A stretch of DNA of 64,000 nucleotides from Hydrolagus affinis (taxonomy: Eukaryota): NCBI GenBank assembly GCA_012026655.1, contig JAAILG010000232.1, positions 1 to 64,000 on the forward strand, given 5' to 3'. The notes beneath the pieces are model-generated. The model did no database searches. It was given only the letters and a program-made list of their open reading frames with translations, and was not told the DNA's origin. The position numbers and the translations under genes were made by a program. Positions 37,925 through 50,400 of this stretch are shown here, one piece after another; position 1 is the stretch's first letter; the number at the start of each line of letters is the position of its first letter.

Positions 37925-40214
37925 TGGTGTCTCGGGTCGCTGTGGTACTCAGGTGATGGGAAGAATTCCTCTTGGTGTTTTAAATTAATGAGCATTGCAT
38001 GTGGCTTGCTGAACTATTCAATGTGCATGACTATTTTTATTTTAAATGCTATGTTGTACAAACTGCTCGTTTGGGTACTTGCTTTCAGGCAATATATTAC
38101 CATGTAAAGCAACTTAATAATGAAGCAGAAGCAATTGGCCTTGTTTTCTCAGCAATTGCAACGTGTCTTTCTCAAATAGCCAAGAAATTGAAAAATGCAA
38201 AAAAACGATTAAACCAGTGTTTAATCTCTGATCATGCCAGTGCTCAACCATTGTGCTCTGTGCATAAGCAGATAATGTGCGGAAAGTAACTGTCCTACAA
38301 TGTTTGTTCTGGCACCTACAAGAAAATTGCTTAATCTAAGGTTGGCACAGTAACCCAAACTGCTGACGAGTTGGTTCAGACCAAGACAATGGATTTGCTT
38401 AAAGTTACATGATTCTATGCTAGAAGAATAGTGGGGTGGGTATTCTAGAGGATGATATTAGATGGGCTGAAGGGTCACCTTCAATCAAACCAATTTTATC
38501 AGTCTTCCCTTTTGTAGATCTTGTAATTTTCTCACTTGAGACAACTCCCCCAGACATCCTCAAATGACTGATTTGAATTTTGGGCTTCCATCTATGAAAT
38601 ACTGCAAATGGTCTGCATATCCCTAGACAAGGCATTTTCACATTGACTGGCAAAAATAACATGAGTAAACTTGTAATTCCTTGTGCATTGTGGTAAAATG
38701 TTGCCTGGAAAATTGTATTGAATGTGAATGTTGTGCAATGCTATGAACAGTGACTTGGTTTCTTTAATGGCTGTTTGACTTTCCTTAAATACATGTCCCC
38801 AAACCTATTTAGAAACAAGTTTCAGAAAAGTTGTTCTTCCAAGATCCAAATGGTCTTTTGGAGCAGCCAAAAATAGCTAAACTGTTTAAAAAGTGCAGTT
38901 TTTACTATTTTTAATTAATTTCACCCATAAAACTGATTTCACTTTGTAGTAGATCCTGTGACTTTGGGATGTCCTCCAAATGTGAAAGATGCTATATACA
39001 GCACTAAATGATTATATTATTCATTTCCTCTCCACCACCAAATGTCATCTTTAATTAACTCTGAGTGACAGGATACAATACAATGATGGAAAACGTGGAA
39101 TTTAACATTTGTCTTTATCCAGCTTCTTTCCCCAGAAAAGTGACAGTTAATCTACTTTGGTCTCTCATGATTTGTGAAAATTGTAATTTAGCAATTGTAA
39201 ACACAACTTGTTTGATCCAATAGCACATTGCTTCATTAGTCTAGGCCGCTAACTTTGAATCGGACTTTTAAGTATTTCAGAACCACCCCCCATTCTTAAT
39301 TACCTTACCAAAAATATGCAAATTTTAATAGCCAAGCATTTTAAAGAATCACTGCTATAGTAAACATTTCAAAAGCAAAACCATTTTGAAACCATGTCTG
39401 CTTTGCCTCTTTGTTTCGTGTGTCAAAACTGGAACTTGATTCATACAAACGCACTTTTCTCCTCCAGTCTTAAACACTATAAACCTTTTCTTTGCTTGCT
39501 TTTGCCTGGCCTGCATGTTTTTATTTCATGGCAGAAGCACAGTAGTCGCAAGGAAAAACCCACACTGGGAACATCTCACCAGCTGTGTAGCAGTAATTTA
39601 AATTAATATGAAGAATATGCATTGGAAGCCATTGAAAAGCCAGAAGCGTTTAAAAATATAATCTTGCATGAAGTAGAATAAATTGAAGGCACCAACTAAC
39701 ACGAAGGGTAATCTTTTCTATTGAATCAATAGAAATTTATGTTCTTTAGGGACTGAATCAAGAGCACTTTAAAATGTTTTACTGCAAACGTGAAAAAATA
39801 TTTCTGATTGGTTGTTAACTTGTGTTCTAGGTCCATATGATTGAAAATAGGTAACTAAGACACCCTGTGGGATTCAACTCAGTGAAAATTCTGTACAACT
39901 AAAGATCAACATATTTCTTACAATATTATGTATATACTATGGAATTGATTTTTAAAACTCTTGCCTCAGTAATAGGTATTTGAAAGAAGTGCCTTGAAAA
40001 GATTAACCAAGTTTGATATATTTGCTATGGTTTTGTAAATCTTCCATATTGAGCACTGCAGCTTTGTTTGTACATTGACTTGAATTTGTTGGTTTAATAC
40101 TGTACATAAATTAACACATTTTAATGGTCAGAAAAATTCCATCAAGTGCATTTTTGTATATCAAATGGTCATGTGTGCAAAAAAAAAGTATTTCATGTAC
40201 TGATTAATCAATGA

Positions 40215-40287
40215 ATTAAATCATTTTGTTTTGAATCAGTTGTCTGTTCACATAACTGCATACTATAAGAAATCATCATCAAATAAA
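40215..40287 (+). terminator. Candidate papilin poly(A) signals (ATTAAA 40215, AATAAA 40282; also AATAAA 39677)
   Basis: Hexamers sit at the end of an AU-rich tract, with T/GT-rich sequence after the ATTAAA. Confidence 0.35.
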
Positions 40288-41294
40288 TCTGTAGCAGTAC
40301 CAGAGGAAAGTGCTAGTGCCATTTGTAATACGTTCAATACTACTGGACAATTTCAAGGGAGCAGGCAAAATTCCATTTCACATAGTAACAAAACTGACTT
40401 CCTGACTTTGTCTCACAAATTCTGCATCAGTTGAATGCTCACTTGTGAGGTACTGGAGGGGAGCTGAGACCTATAGAATGTATTCCATCAATTTCCAATT
40501 CTCTTTGACCCCATTGAAAGATTCCCACAAAGTTAAGATCACCCCTGCTGAATTCTACTTCCACACTAAGATCACACTTTCGTCTACAGTTCAGTCATTT
40601 TCATCTTTACTGCTGAAATGTATACAGATTAATATTTTGTCATGTGTGGAGTCTTACGTTATTTGTCTGTCTGGTGACATGGAGAGGGAGCAGATTCTAA
40701 TGTCTTGCTCATTGGTGTTTAATGTAGGCATTCATTTAAAATTTACTATTATTAAGAAAATATGTCCATTAAGTACTTTTTGCAGCCAAAATAACCTTTT
40801 CCAACAGTGGGTTCAAACTGACAAGTTTTAAGTAGTTAAATGCAACTGTTAACTATTGGTGTAGCAGCAGTAGAGATTTCAGTCACAAGAACACTTAAGT
40901 GTATATAAACAGAATAAGTAAAACTGGGTAGTCAATAGAAGGGTGTCCAAGAATGAATTGAGTTGTCTTAATGTCCAAGGAGGTAAGAAATACATCCGGT
41001 ATTTTTCTACCTCTGGGATGCATGCCCTTGTGAGGGCTCTATATAAGCTATGTAAACTGTTGTTGTATCTTCAATCAGAGTAAGAGAACAGAATTCTGGA
41101 AATAAGGAAAGAAATTAAAACAACCTTTGCACAATTCATGAAGTGAATATCCATCCATAAATGAAGATGCTTCATTCTATGGTAATTGCTTTCCGAGTAT
41201 GTGCAGAATAACCATTAAGTTGTAAATTGTTAAAAACTAATGTTTGTGCTAATAGAGAAGGAGCATATCACATCTTCTTACCAGCCAAGACCCA

Positions 41295-41443
41295 TCCTGT
41301 GGCTCAGTGGTTACAGCACTCGCTTTACAAGTGAGAGACCTGGGTTCAATTCCAGGCAGGGTGAAACCTTGGGCAAGTTTCCTTTCTCCACACGTCTAAT
41401 AATAATCCCTCAAAACAAACAATAAATTGGTCATTTCAATCCT
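41295..41443 (+). mobile_element. tRNA-derived SINE, 5' part, between the two 3' ends
   Basis: GGCTCAGTGGTTA...GGGTTCAATTCCAGGC...ACCTTGGGCAAGTTTCC; tail missing. Confidence 0.8.
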
Positions 41444-41599
41444 AACTGAAATTAATGTTAAAAATGAAATACAACTATTTCAATTCTGTAAACTAAGATT
41501 TCACATGCAAAACATTTTCATGCAATCATTGCAATTTTATACTAGATCATGTTCAACCGTGTATCATTCAAATAGTTTTCACAATGTTCTTCCACAGGT

Positions 41600-42006
41600 T
41601 GCCATTTATTCTGCACTATTTCCAAAGGCTCCGCTCATTTGGCTTCTTTTGAGAACATTTGTAGCTATTTTTCCTCCCTTTTTTGAAGTTGGATTCTCTA
41701 CCCTTTATTCACGGCAAGCTGCTACTATCAGACATAAGACAAATTAGTTACAATAGAGACTAAGTTTAAAAATAGAATAAGTAGATGGTAAATATCCAAT
41801 AAAAATATCGACTTGAGAGAAGTTGAAGAAATGTTAGGCTGATATGGATCATTATTACTCCCATTATACTGCATTGGAAATCAATATATAAAGGCTGTGA
41901 ATGGCAAAAAATTATTAAAAATCAAACTATTGTCTAAATTTGTTCAGCCTCTATCAATGTTTATTTCTGTTAAAGATTAGAAATCTTCAGTATAAATTTC
42001 TTTATT
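41600..42006 (-). terminator. Candidate Numb poly(A) signal cluster
   Basis: Several TTTATT on + (AATAAA on -), e.g. 42001-42006, about 41960, 41704 and 41604. Confidence 0.35.
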
Positions 42007-42941
42007 ACAAGTGATTGTAAGGCCCACACAAATCAAAATTATAATAAAATCCAAATGCTGCTGAATTCCTGAAGTAAGACGAGAATGAGCCGTCATGCAG
42101 CAGCATTTATAGCATCTAAACTATCAAATGAAAATAGGTTGGAAAACCGAGCAAGGCTAGGAAGCCAAGTACCAAACAAGAATGATTCTGCTCAAACTGC
42201 ATTGTGCAACCCCATTTTTACAGAAACAGCTATTAAACCTGACAATAGTGTTAAAACTCCATTGAAGGTTATAAGAGCAACAGAACAGACATTTTACCAA
42301 AGAACAAAAAAAAAACTCAACAGAAAGACTACAAGATTGTTCACGTCTTGTGAAGCCCATGAAAACACTGCTGTTAAAATAACTACTGAATATTGACAAT
42401 GGTTTTATAATTGGTCATTTGATAAAGCAAATACACTACTTACAGCAAATTAAAGTCCATTGCAATGTCCAGCTGAAAGGTCACATTTTCCCAAATTACT
42501 TACATTAGAATCAGCAATAAATCATTCTCTATATACATTTCATACATCCATCTGGTGTTTTACCTTTGGCAAGATTACTTACAACTTAATTTCCATAACT
42601 ATTTAAAATATATACTAATGCATAAAAATAAAGATTTTGGCATCATTTTTACCCAAAATGGAAGCTCCATCACAAGAACTGCAGCCAAGCCCTGCAATTC
42701 CACCACAGAAATACCAACATAATTGTAGGTATAAAGATTTTAAAAACAAGCAGCTGATCTCCTAACACTTGTACCATTAAATTAACCTGGCTTCCTTGCA
42801 TTACAATTAGTGTGTGCCTCAGATCCAGATATTTTAGTCCACCTTGGTTTCAGGTTCAATGGTGTTCAGAGGCTGTTAAGTAGCTCTTCATGCCCATGTC
42901 AACGCTGAAAGCTGTCAACTTTTTCTCCACCAAATTATAAC

Positions 42942-43612
42942 TCAAAGCTCAATCTCAAAGGTCTTTTGTAAGTCACTGGAGAATGGATTAGTAGGAGAAG
43001 GTGTGGCCCGTTGCTTCGATTTGGATTCCAGTGCATTCCACTGAGCCTCAAATGGATCGATTTCTTGTTCAACTGATGTTGTTTGAGTGTTTTTGGGTTC
43101 CATTGTCCAGTTACTGTTTTCTGCTCCATTAAAAGCTGCAGAACCATTGATCTGCTGGGCAGCTTTAAAATAAGGGGCTGCATTTGCAGCAGGGCAAACA
43201 TTGTTGTCTTCAAACTGAGGGAATGCATTTTGCTTTAAAGGTGCATGGCTCTGTATTTGAGTGACCTGAGTATGGGCAGTGCCAAAGACGTTAGCAACCA
43301 TTTGTGAAGGGGTAATCCCAACCACAGGCACACTTGCTGCTTGGTATGACATACCATTGGGCATCCCCATGTATGGTTGAGTGGGAATAAATGTAGGTTG
43401 CATACTGACTGGGGCGGCTTGAACAGTGACAAAAGCATTGGCCTGGAAGGGCTGTGTGGCCTGTGGCATGGAAGAGTGCGGCATTGGTTGTTGAGTCAAC
43501 CTAATACTCTTCGATATTTCATCAAGCCAGCGCTCAGCTTCTGATGGTGTTCGTTGGTGACTGGGCTGAAAAGTGGGAGCTTGTGCAATGGCAGTCATCC
43601 CCCAGTCGGTGC
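42942..43612 (-). CDS. NUMB: Numb last coding exon (GTDWG...HQRTPSEAERWL...DPFEAQW...TNPFSSDLQKTFEIEL*)
   Basis: DPF and NPF endocytic motifs; ttatcag acceptor; TGA at 42944-42942. Confidence 0.96.
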
Positions 43613-44658
43613 CTGATAAAATGAAAAATAAAGTCAATAAAAAAAAGACTTGACAACTGATCTTGGGTCTTACACAATCTTTATAACAAACTGAAAGGAG
43701 GGGGAAAATATGTGTTAGTTGAGATTTATCCCAAATATAAAATCCCCAATAGTTCAGGTGGTAAAGTTGCAGGCCAGATTCCTGGTGTGTTGAGTTCGCA
43801 TATCTTAATTCAGTGGTGGTGGGGGTGCTAAAATGGCTTTCAGGAAGATTGGAAAGCAAGGGAGAAGTCAGCCAGGGCTCCTGATGGACCAGGCACTTGA
43901 TGGAATTACATATGTTTATCATTAGGCCTATGAGCAAAAAGTGAGTTAAATAAAATTAAAACATTTAATTTTTGTTCATTTGTATTACAGATTTAAAATG
44001 TTATCTATCAAACTACAAATATTTTATATAAGCTGCTACTGTCAATTAAATTCATATTCTGCTGCAGAAGAATTCCTAGTACATTTTCAAAGTAGTCAAT
44101 TGTGAGAAGTGCTTTTGGGACATTGTCACCCAAGGCAAAGATAAAGTAAGTATTTTAATATATTATTGTACCCTAGTCCACCTCAAAACCATAAAAAAGC
44201 ACAGCCCAGTCTGTAGACAAAGGGAAAAAAATTAACACCCTGAACATTTCAAATCTGCAGAAAATCTAATTGCGTTACACTCAAAAGATGAAGGGGTTTG
44301 TAGTTTTGTTTTGAGGGGAATCATTTAAATTTACAATGGAGCTTCATTATAGTGCATGGTTTCAATTAAATCCCAACTTGTTTTAGAAACTTTCACTCCC
44401 ATGCTAAAAGAAAAATGGCTGGCTTTTGAATCACTGGATCAGTGATGACAACCTGATGATCCAAACATCAACCGTGTTAGCATGAAAGTCAGTTGACACA
44501 TAGAAAGTGAGTGGCTGCTGTCACTTGCATGAGGTCGATAGTGTAACTTTAGTTAAAAACAAATTCACATAAAGATGTATGGAGTGGCATTGTATTGAGG
44601 TATTGGGTTGAAGAATTAAAAAGAACATGTTCTATGTGCACCATCTATGTTTTCTTAC

Positions 44659-44802
44659 TTGCAGTAGTTGCAGCTCCTGTATTAGTAGCTGAAGGGACCT
44701 GAGCCCAAGGGTTTGTATCACGCATTGGCATTACTGTTGGAGACATGGCAGTCACAGGTGGTATTGCAGTAGGTAGTGAGAAGGCTGAAGCTGCTCCATT
44801 GG
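44659..44802 (-). CDS. NUMB: Numb PRR cassette exon (144 nt, 48 aa; ANGAASAF...MPMRDTNPWAQ)
   Basis: Symmetric phase 1-1 with tag acceptor and gtaaga donor. Resembles the mammalian PRR-long insert (MPVRETNPWA). Confidence 0.92.
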
Positions 44803-44887
44803 CTATAAGAGTGGATGAAAACGATCAATAACATCTAACATGCAAGCTATTCAATGAGCTTCAAGTGACATCAAATCAACCACAAAC

Positions 44888-45049
44888 CTTGAGGGACTGT
44901 CATTTGAGGAGCCACAGCCGTGGAGGGTTTTGTCATTGGAGCAGAAGAGAATGGATCCTCTACATGTCCACTGAATGCATGGGTTATTTGAGAGCACAGC
45001 GAACTTATACTGTCCACATCGGCTGTGGAATCACCTTCAATTTCAGGCA
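44888..45049 (-). CDS. NUMB: Numb exon (VPEIEGD...SISSLCSQITHAFS...EDPFSSAPMTKP)
   Basis: Conserved Numb peptide; phase 1-1. Confidence 0.94.
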
Positions 45050-46002
45050 CTGAATCAAAGAAGAATAAAGTAATATTGAACAAGTGGTAATAGGACTTTC
45101 ATCAACCATCGCATCTCTCAGTTAACACAACTTACTTTTGGCACTTTAATGTCTAAAATAGGGCCAATAATGTTACTGCACAGCAGATTATACTCAATCA
45201 CGGGGAGAGTTAATATACTGAACAATCTCCCCTCCGCAACACACTATTTAGACCAGTTTATTTTCCAGTCCCTTTGGAATTTAAGCTTTCATAACTTAAG
45301 AATGCAAGTCACAAACCACACAAAAGGAGCCCAATGGATGAGTACAACCAAGGTAAAAGCTTTCTATCTTAATGTTGTTCAACAATCCATTGAAGCTCAT
45401 CTTAAAGAGATAGGTAAGATAGTTGGGAAGTAAGAAATATGGGGGAAATAGGATTTTTTTAAAAAAAATTATTAATCTGAAATACAAGAGTAATTTGCAG
45501 AATCTTATTTAGAAAAAATGTCAAGATGTAAGACAGCACAGAGACAATTGTCGAGGGTATTATCTGGTATTATCTTAGTTATGACAGACTAGAGAAATCA
45601 GACTGTTTCCATTGAATAAAGATTGAGACACGAGCTTCAAAATTATGAAGGGTTTCAGAAAACCTTAATAAATTTAAGATCATGCATGCATTTAAGATTG
45701 TCACCAAAAATAAAGGGAAAATATAAAATTGTTATCAAGAAAACAATGTTAGGACCACCCCAAATTAATTTAACATTAAATAACAATTTTTAAAGGAAAG
45801 TAAGACAAATATTGGAGTAGAGGGAGAGAGATTAAAGGATACAGGGAAAAGGCACAAAACAGGACAAGGCAACTTTCTAAAAAGAGACTTCAATTATAAT
45901 ACAAAGACAGAACAGATTCTTTGGGGTTAAGAACCATCTCCAATTTCTTTGTTCACACCTTACGAATGATACTATTGAGTAGAAGTTCACAGAACACCGT
46001 AC

Positions 46003-46290
46003 CTGTGTTTTTAATCTGAAATTCCGTTTTCCTTTGCTGTGTTGAGGGTAACTCATGTATTCGAAGTGACATCTGTCTCTTGAAAGGTGAGGTGGTCTGG
46101 CTAAGCACCGGGAACCCTCGGAATGATCCTTGCCTGGCGAGTTGCTCTACTGGTGCATGCCTTCGTGGTATTGCATGTACGTTACTAGAATCCTTGCTTT
46201 CTCCAGTCGTGGATGGAGTAGATGGTGAAGCTGAGGGAAGTGTAGGTGATGCAGCCGAGGTGGTGACGACAACAGCTCTTTCTGTTTCAG
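46003..46290 (-). CDS. NUMB: Numb NumbF-region exon (HAIPRRHAPVEQLARQGSFRGFP...SPFKRQMSLR)
   Basis: RQGSFRGF and KRQxSLR motifs; AG/GT boundaries. Confidence 0.95.
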
Positions 46291-46440
46291 CTGCAAATTA
46301 AACACCACATTGTTTATATTGGCTGGTTACACATTATTAGCAAAAATAATTGATTCAAATAGTTTGATGTGCTAGTAACTATTCTCTCCAGATCAAAGCA
46401 GACTTGAGCCTTGAACTCACAATCTTCTGACTCGCAGGCA

Positions 46441-46689
46441 ACATAAGAAGGGATTAAGGGATATGGGGATAAAGAGGATAGGTGGAATTAGATTAGAAGA
46501 TCAGCCATGATCTTATTGAATGCCAGGGCAGGCTCAAGGGGCTGAATGGCCTACTCCTATCCCTCATTCTTATGTTCTAACAAATAGGAGCAGCAGTAGG
46601 CCATTCGGCCCCTCAAGCTTGCCCCGCCATTTACTAAGATCATGGCTGATCTTCTAATCATTTACCCACCCCGTATCCCCTTATCCCTT
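46441..46689. repeat. Inverted pair of CR1 3' tails (fold-back)
   Basis: Arms 46448-46560 and 46583-46689 are reverse complements, including a perfect 25-nt GATTAGAAGATCAGCCATGATCTTA. Confidence 0.9.
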
Positions 46690-47026
46690 TGCCAACCAAG
46701 CAAAATGATATGACAATACACTTTGAAGTGCTCCAATTCCAAATGGGGCAAACAGAAAGGAGAACTAACATGAGATAGATGAACAAGTAAAGAAAAAGGA
46801 GCTACAAAGAAAATTAATTCTCAATGACAGAACAAGCCACAGTGGCGATAAGACAGGCAAAGTGAAGGAGCAGCAGATCCAGAATCTTTTTAACAACTTA
46901 AATCTCATTCCAAATGAAAAATTTTAGATCCATCCTTTGGAGAGTATTTGGTAACATGGTACCACAAAACAATAAGGTGCTTTGGAACTCAAGAATGCAA
47001 CAAGGCTCAACAGTTTTTCCCCGTAC

Positions 47027-47231
47027 CTCTTTTGGTATCTTGCATTTGTTTCATGAATTCCTCTCGCTCGGCCTGTTCAGTGGCTGTGGTTACTCTAAAG
47101 GAACCTTCCCTGGTAAATGTGGTGCGGTTGGCGTCAAAAGTAGCCGTGACACCGCACTCTTTCTCTCGCTTTTGTTTCCGCTCCAAACATGCTGCAAACG
47201 CACACCCTACAGCATGGCTCAGCCTCTCACC
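47027..47231 (-). CDS. NUMB: Numb exon, PTB C-terminus ([26 protein letters not shown]...REGSFR)
   Basis: Near-invariant Numb sequence; 205 nt. Confidence 0.96.
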
Positions 47232-47329
47232 CTGAGGAATCATCAGAATATTTTTTCAATGGATATATGAAGCATACTTTCAATAATAATTCTAGCAACA
47301 CTTCATAGAATACCCAAAAAAAAGATTTG

Positions 47330-48045
47330 CCTTCCCTTTTGTGTAATGGCCCACCTGCACAGAGCATATTCACAAGTGTCTGTAGTGACATTATGCATTC
47401 CTGCCCGCAAAAGCTCAATCACCCTCACAAATTCTACCACCTTGCTGATAACTTGTTTCAGTCATTGATTACCCACTGTGTAAAGAAAAGCTTCCTGGTA
47501 TCAGTCCTGAAATTGCCATGACCTGGGATTACTTTCTCAATCACATTAAAATTTTGAACACCTCAGCTCTCTCAGGGCTGAAGAGCTCCACCTTTTCTAA
47601 TTGTTGCTAATTACTCTAACTCTGGGGATCATCATCATTGGTGTACCACCTCTAGGGATTGCAGAGCACTGTACAGCCAAAGTATGACGTCTGGGGAATG
47701 TAAACTCAACTGATTCAGCAATAAAGCACAACATCTGTTTGCCTTGTTTATTGCTGCCTCACACTGTTTTAACATAGTGAATGGTGAGTCAATTAACACC
47801 CCAAGCTCTGTTTCAGCTTTCCCCTTGGCAGGTTCTATCCACCCAAGGAATACCTGTGTTTTCTATTCTTAGATATGTAGTTACCTTGCATATGTAGTTA
47901 CCTTGCATCTATCTTTATTAAAACTTAATTCGTCAGTTATCAGCATGTATAACCATTGCCGCCTACTCCAATTTCATTAGATCCCTCCAATTTGGTGTCA
48001 TTGGCAAATTTAACAATCTTATATTGGTTTTGAAAATCCAGGTCA
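47330..48045 (-). mobile_element. CR1 LINE fragments, degenerate
   Basis: TTCCA/TTCAGTCATTGAT.AC.C.CTGTGTAAAGAA and reverse-complement KFA.DTKL (TTTGGTGTCATTGGCAAATTT) RT motif. Confidence 0.6.
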
Positions 48046-48316
48046 TTAATAATAATTCTTGAATTTGATATAATACCTTATCACATCTTCTAAGATGTCT
48101 CAAAGCGCTTCACAGAATATATACAAGGAACACACTGGGGTCCCAGTACAGACGTCCGGGACACCGATCTTAACAGCTGTTAATTTGATGTACAGCGAGA
48201 GACAATTTTGTTCTGCAGTTTATCTAATGGGTTTACTCCAAAGATTTAAATTTAAGATCTCTTTACTCCAAAGATTTAAAACCCACTCCATCATCAACTG
48301 GTAAGATGAAACTTAC

Positions 48317-48457
48317 CGAATCTCTTATTGCCAAGAAACAATGACAGATCCAGCGTCTGGTAGTACCGTCTCGACAAATATATGAGAAGGCCTTGTCAAA
48401 GTTTCGGTCAGGAGCACAGAAAGACACCTTCTCTATAGTCTGATCAACAATTAGATC
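48317..48457 (-). CDS. NUMB: Numb PTB exon ([41 protein letters not shown])
   Basis: PTB core; gtaagt donor; 141 nt. Confidence 0.96.
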
Positions 48458-49879
48458 CTTTAAAGAGGGGGGAAAAAGCAGTAAGAAAATAAGGAACATG
48501 AAATTCTTGAAATTCTTTCACCAAATCCTTACTGTTTTGCTCTGGAGAACAAACCAAGATTTGGTTAACTCTAAAAATTATTTAATACGAATACACTGGT
48601 GTGAGTCAGACACCAGGTGGTGGTCTTGTACTGTATTGGATAACTGTGCTAAATATATTGAAATTGATGGATTTGTCGAGTTTTTCCCTGAAAAAACCCA
48701 TTTATTCTGACACTGCCGTGAACTCAACTTCATTATACACCTTCCTACAAAACAGAAAGATTTAGTCAGTGTGTATTTTTTCAGCATATTGCAAGACTTC
48801 TTACCTGTTGGATGATGTTCTTAACAGATTCAAATGATTATCTATTAAAAGTGAAGCAAATTTGCAAGAAACCTATATGTTCTGCATGTATTTAGGGAGT
48901 TTATTCTCCCTTTCAACATTGTTGGCAAACAGCACTGCAACAAATTGATAATGCATGTGCTACAGTGTGGGCACACACATAATTGTTCTTAAAACTATTT
49001 CCCAAATATGCCAAGAGGAGACAGATTGCTGAGCAGTGTCGTTCGGGCTGTTTCATCTGCAGCCTGAGCCTCTTCTCTATTCAGATAAATAACAAGCAAT
49101 TCAGCCAACAGAAATGAGATACTGAATGGTCAGATTTAAAACTACTTTAGGGCTACAGTGTAAATACAAATGGAAGTGAAACTAATAAATATTTCAATAC
49201 ACAGTACAGCCCATAATTAACATGCTCGACTATAGCACAAATTTGCTTAAATTGTTGTTTTACTGGATTTCATTTGTTGTGCATGGGCACAGCTGACCCA
49301 TTTATTTTCTGCACACCAAGGCGAAAATGGTGGACTTCCTGTTTATTAGGTTGCCACCTGCACTTCGTGGACAATCACAAGTGACACAGAAGTTCATAAT
49401 TTTAGCTTCTTACACTTAAAAAAAACGGTCACCTTTCACTTTCAGTTTATCAGGAGGCTGCCTGACAAAGCAGGAAGTGATGTTGCACTGACCCTCCACA
49501 CCAGCAGGTGGACATTTTTTCTTTTAACATATAAATAGTCAGTACATTCCCCTTAGACCAGACAGCACAAACAGTCAAAAACCCCAGTGCACCTGGCTGT
49601 AATGCCGCCTGGGATTTACGTATTCCAAACACAATGCCTTTATCTATTTTCTCAGTTATCTCATCAAAAACTATTTGTCAGGCAAGCCTTACCTTTAATA
49701 AAAACATGCTGACTTTCTTTAATCAACCCACATCTTTCCAAGTGATTATTAATATTAGCCTGTCCTCCCGATGTGAAAGGCACTCTATAAATGTAATTTT
49801 GTTGTTGTATTTTGTTGTTGTCTTACAGCCTCTAAACGTTTGCTCACTATGGACAGTGAACTAACAATTCTATAATTAC

Positions 49880-50400
49880 TTACGCTTTTTAAAAAGAGGT
49901 GTTACATTAGCTACTCTCCAGTCTCCGGACACAACTTTCAACTCCAAGGATGTTCGAAAAATTGTAGTCAAAGCATCTACTATTTCCTCTCCAACTTCCT
50001 TGGCTGCATGTCATCAATCCTGGTGAACTGTCCTCTTTGAGTTCCATCATTTTCTGTAGAACTATTTCCTTCTCTATAGTTATCCCTTCTAATTACTACA
50101 CATCCTCCTTTTGTGCATTTAATGTTTCACTATGCTTCTGAAAAAACTAAGGTGAAATATTCGTTAAGATACTCATTAAGTATCTACCTTAATTTTCTAT
50201 GACTAGATTTTCTGTTTCTAATTGGTCCTATTTTCTTTAATTATTCTTTATTTTGGTGTTTATAAAATCCTTTAGTATTTTTCTTTGTATTCTGCCTGTC
50301 TTTCCTCATATCCTCTCTTGTGAATCGCCTTTTTTGCTTCCCTTCTATACAGTTTGTTCTATACTCTGCCTAAATTAAGACTCCAACACCATTGTTACAT
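49880..50400 (-). mobile_element. Probable degenerate CR1 ORF2 fragment
   Basis: Pyrimidine-rich plus strand with a reverse SPG.D..(H)-like segment; recognised by eye only. Confidence 0.4.

Noticed and set aside
38000-42400. Short ORFs between the genes, and most other 60-130 aa ORFs in the track
   Set aside because: No domain motifs or splice context. They are UTR, intron or repeat-derived, and many start at non-ATG codons.
43613-43937. N-terminal part of the 331-aa ORF as Numb coding sequence
   Set aside because: Numb similarity starts at the acceptor at 43613. The upstream frame is chance intronic read-through.
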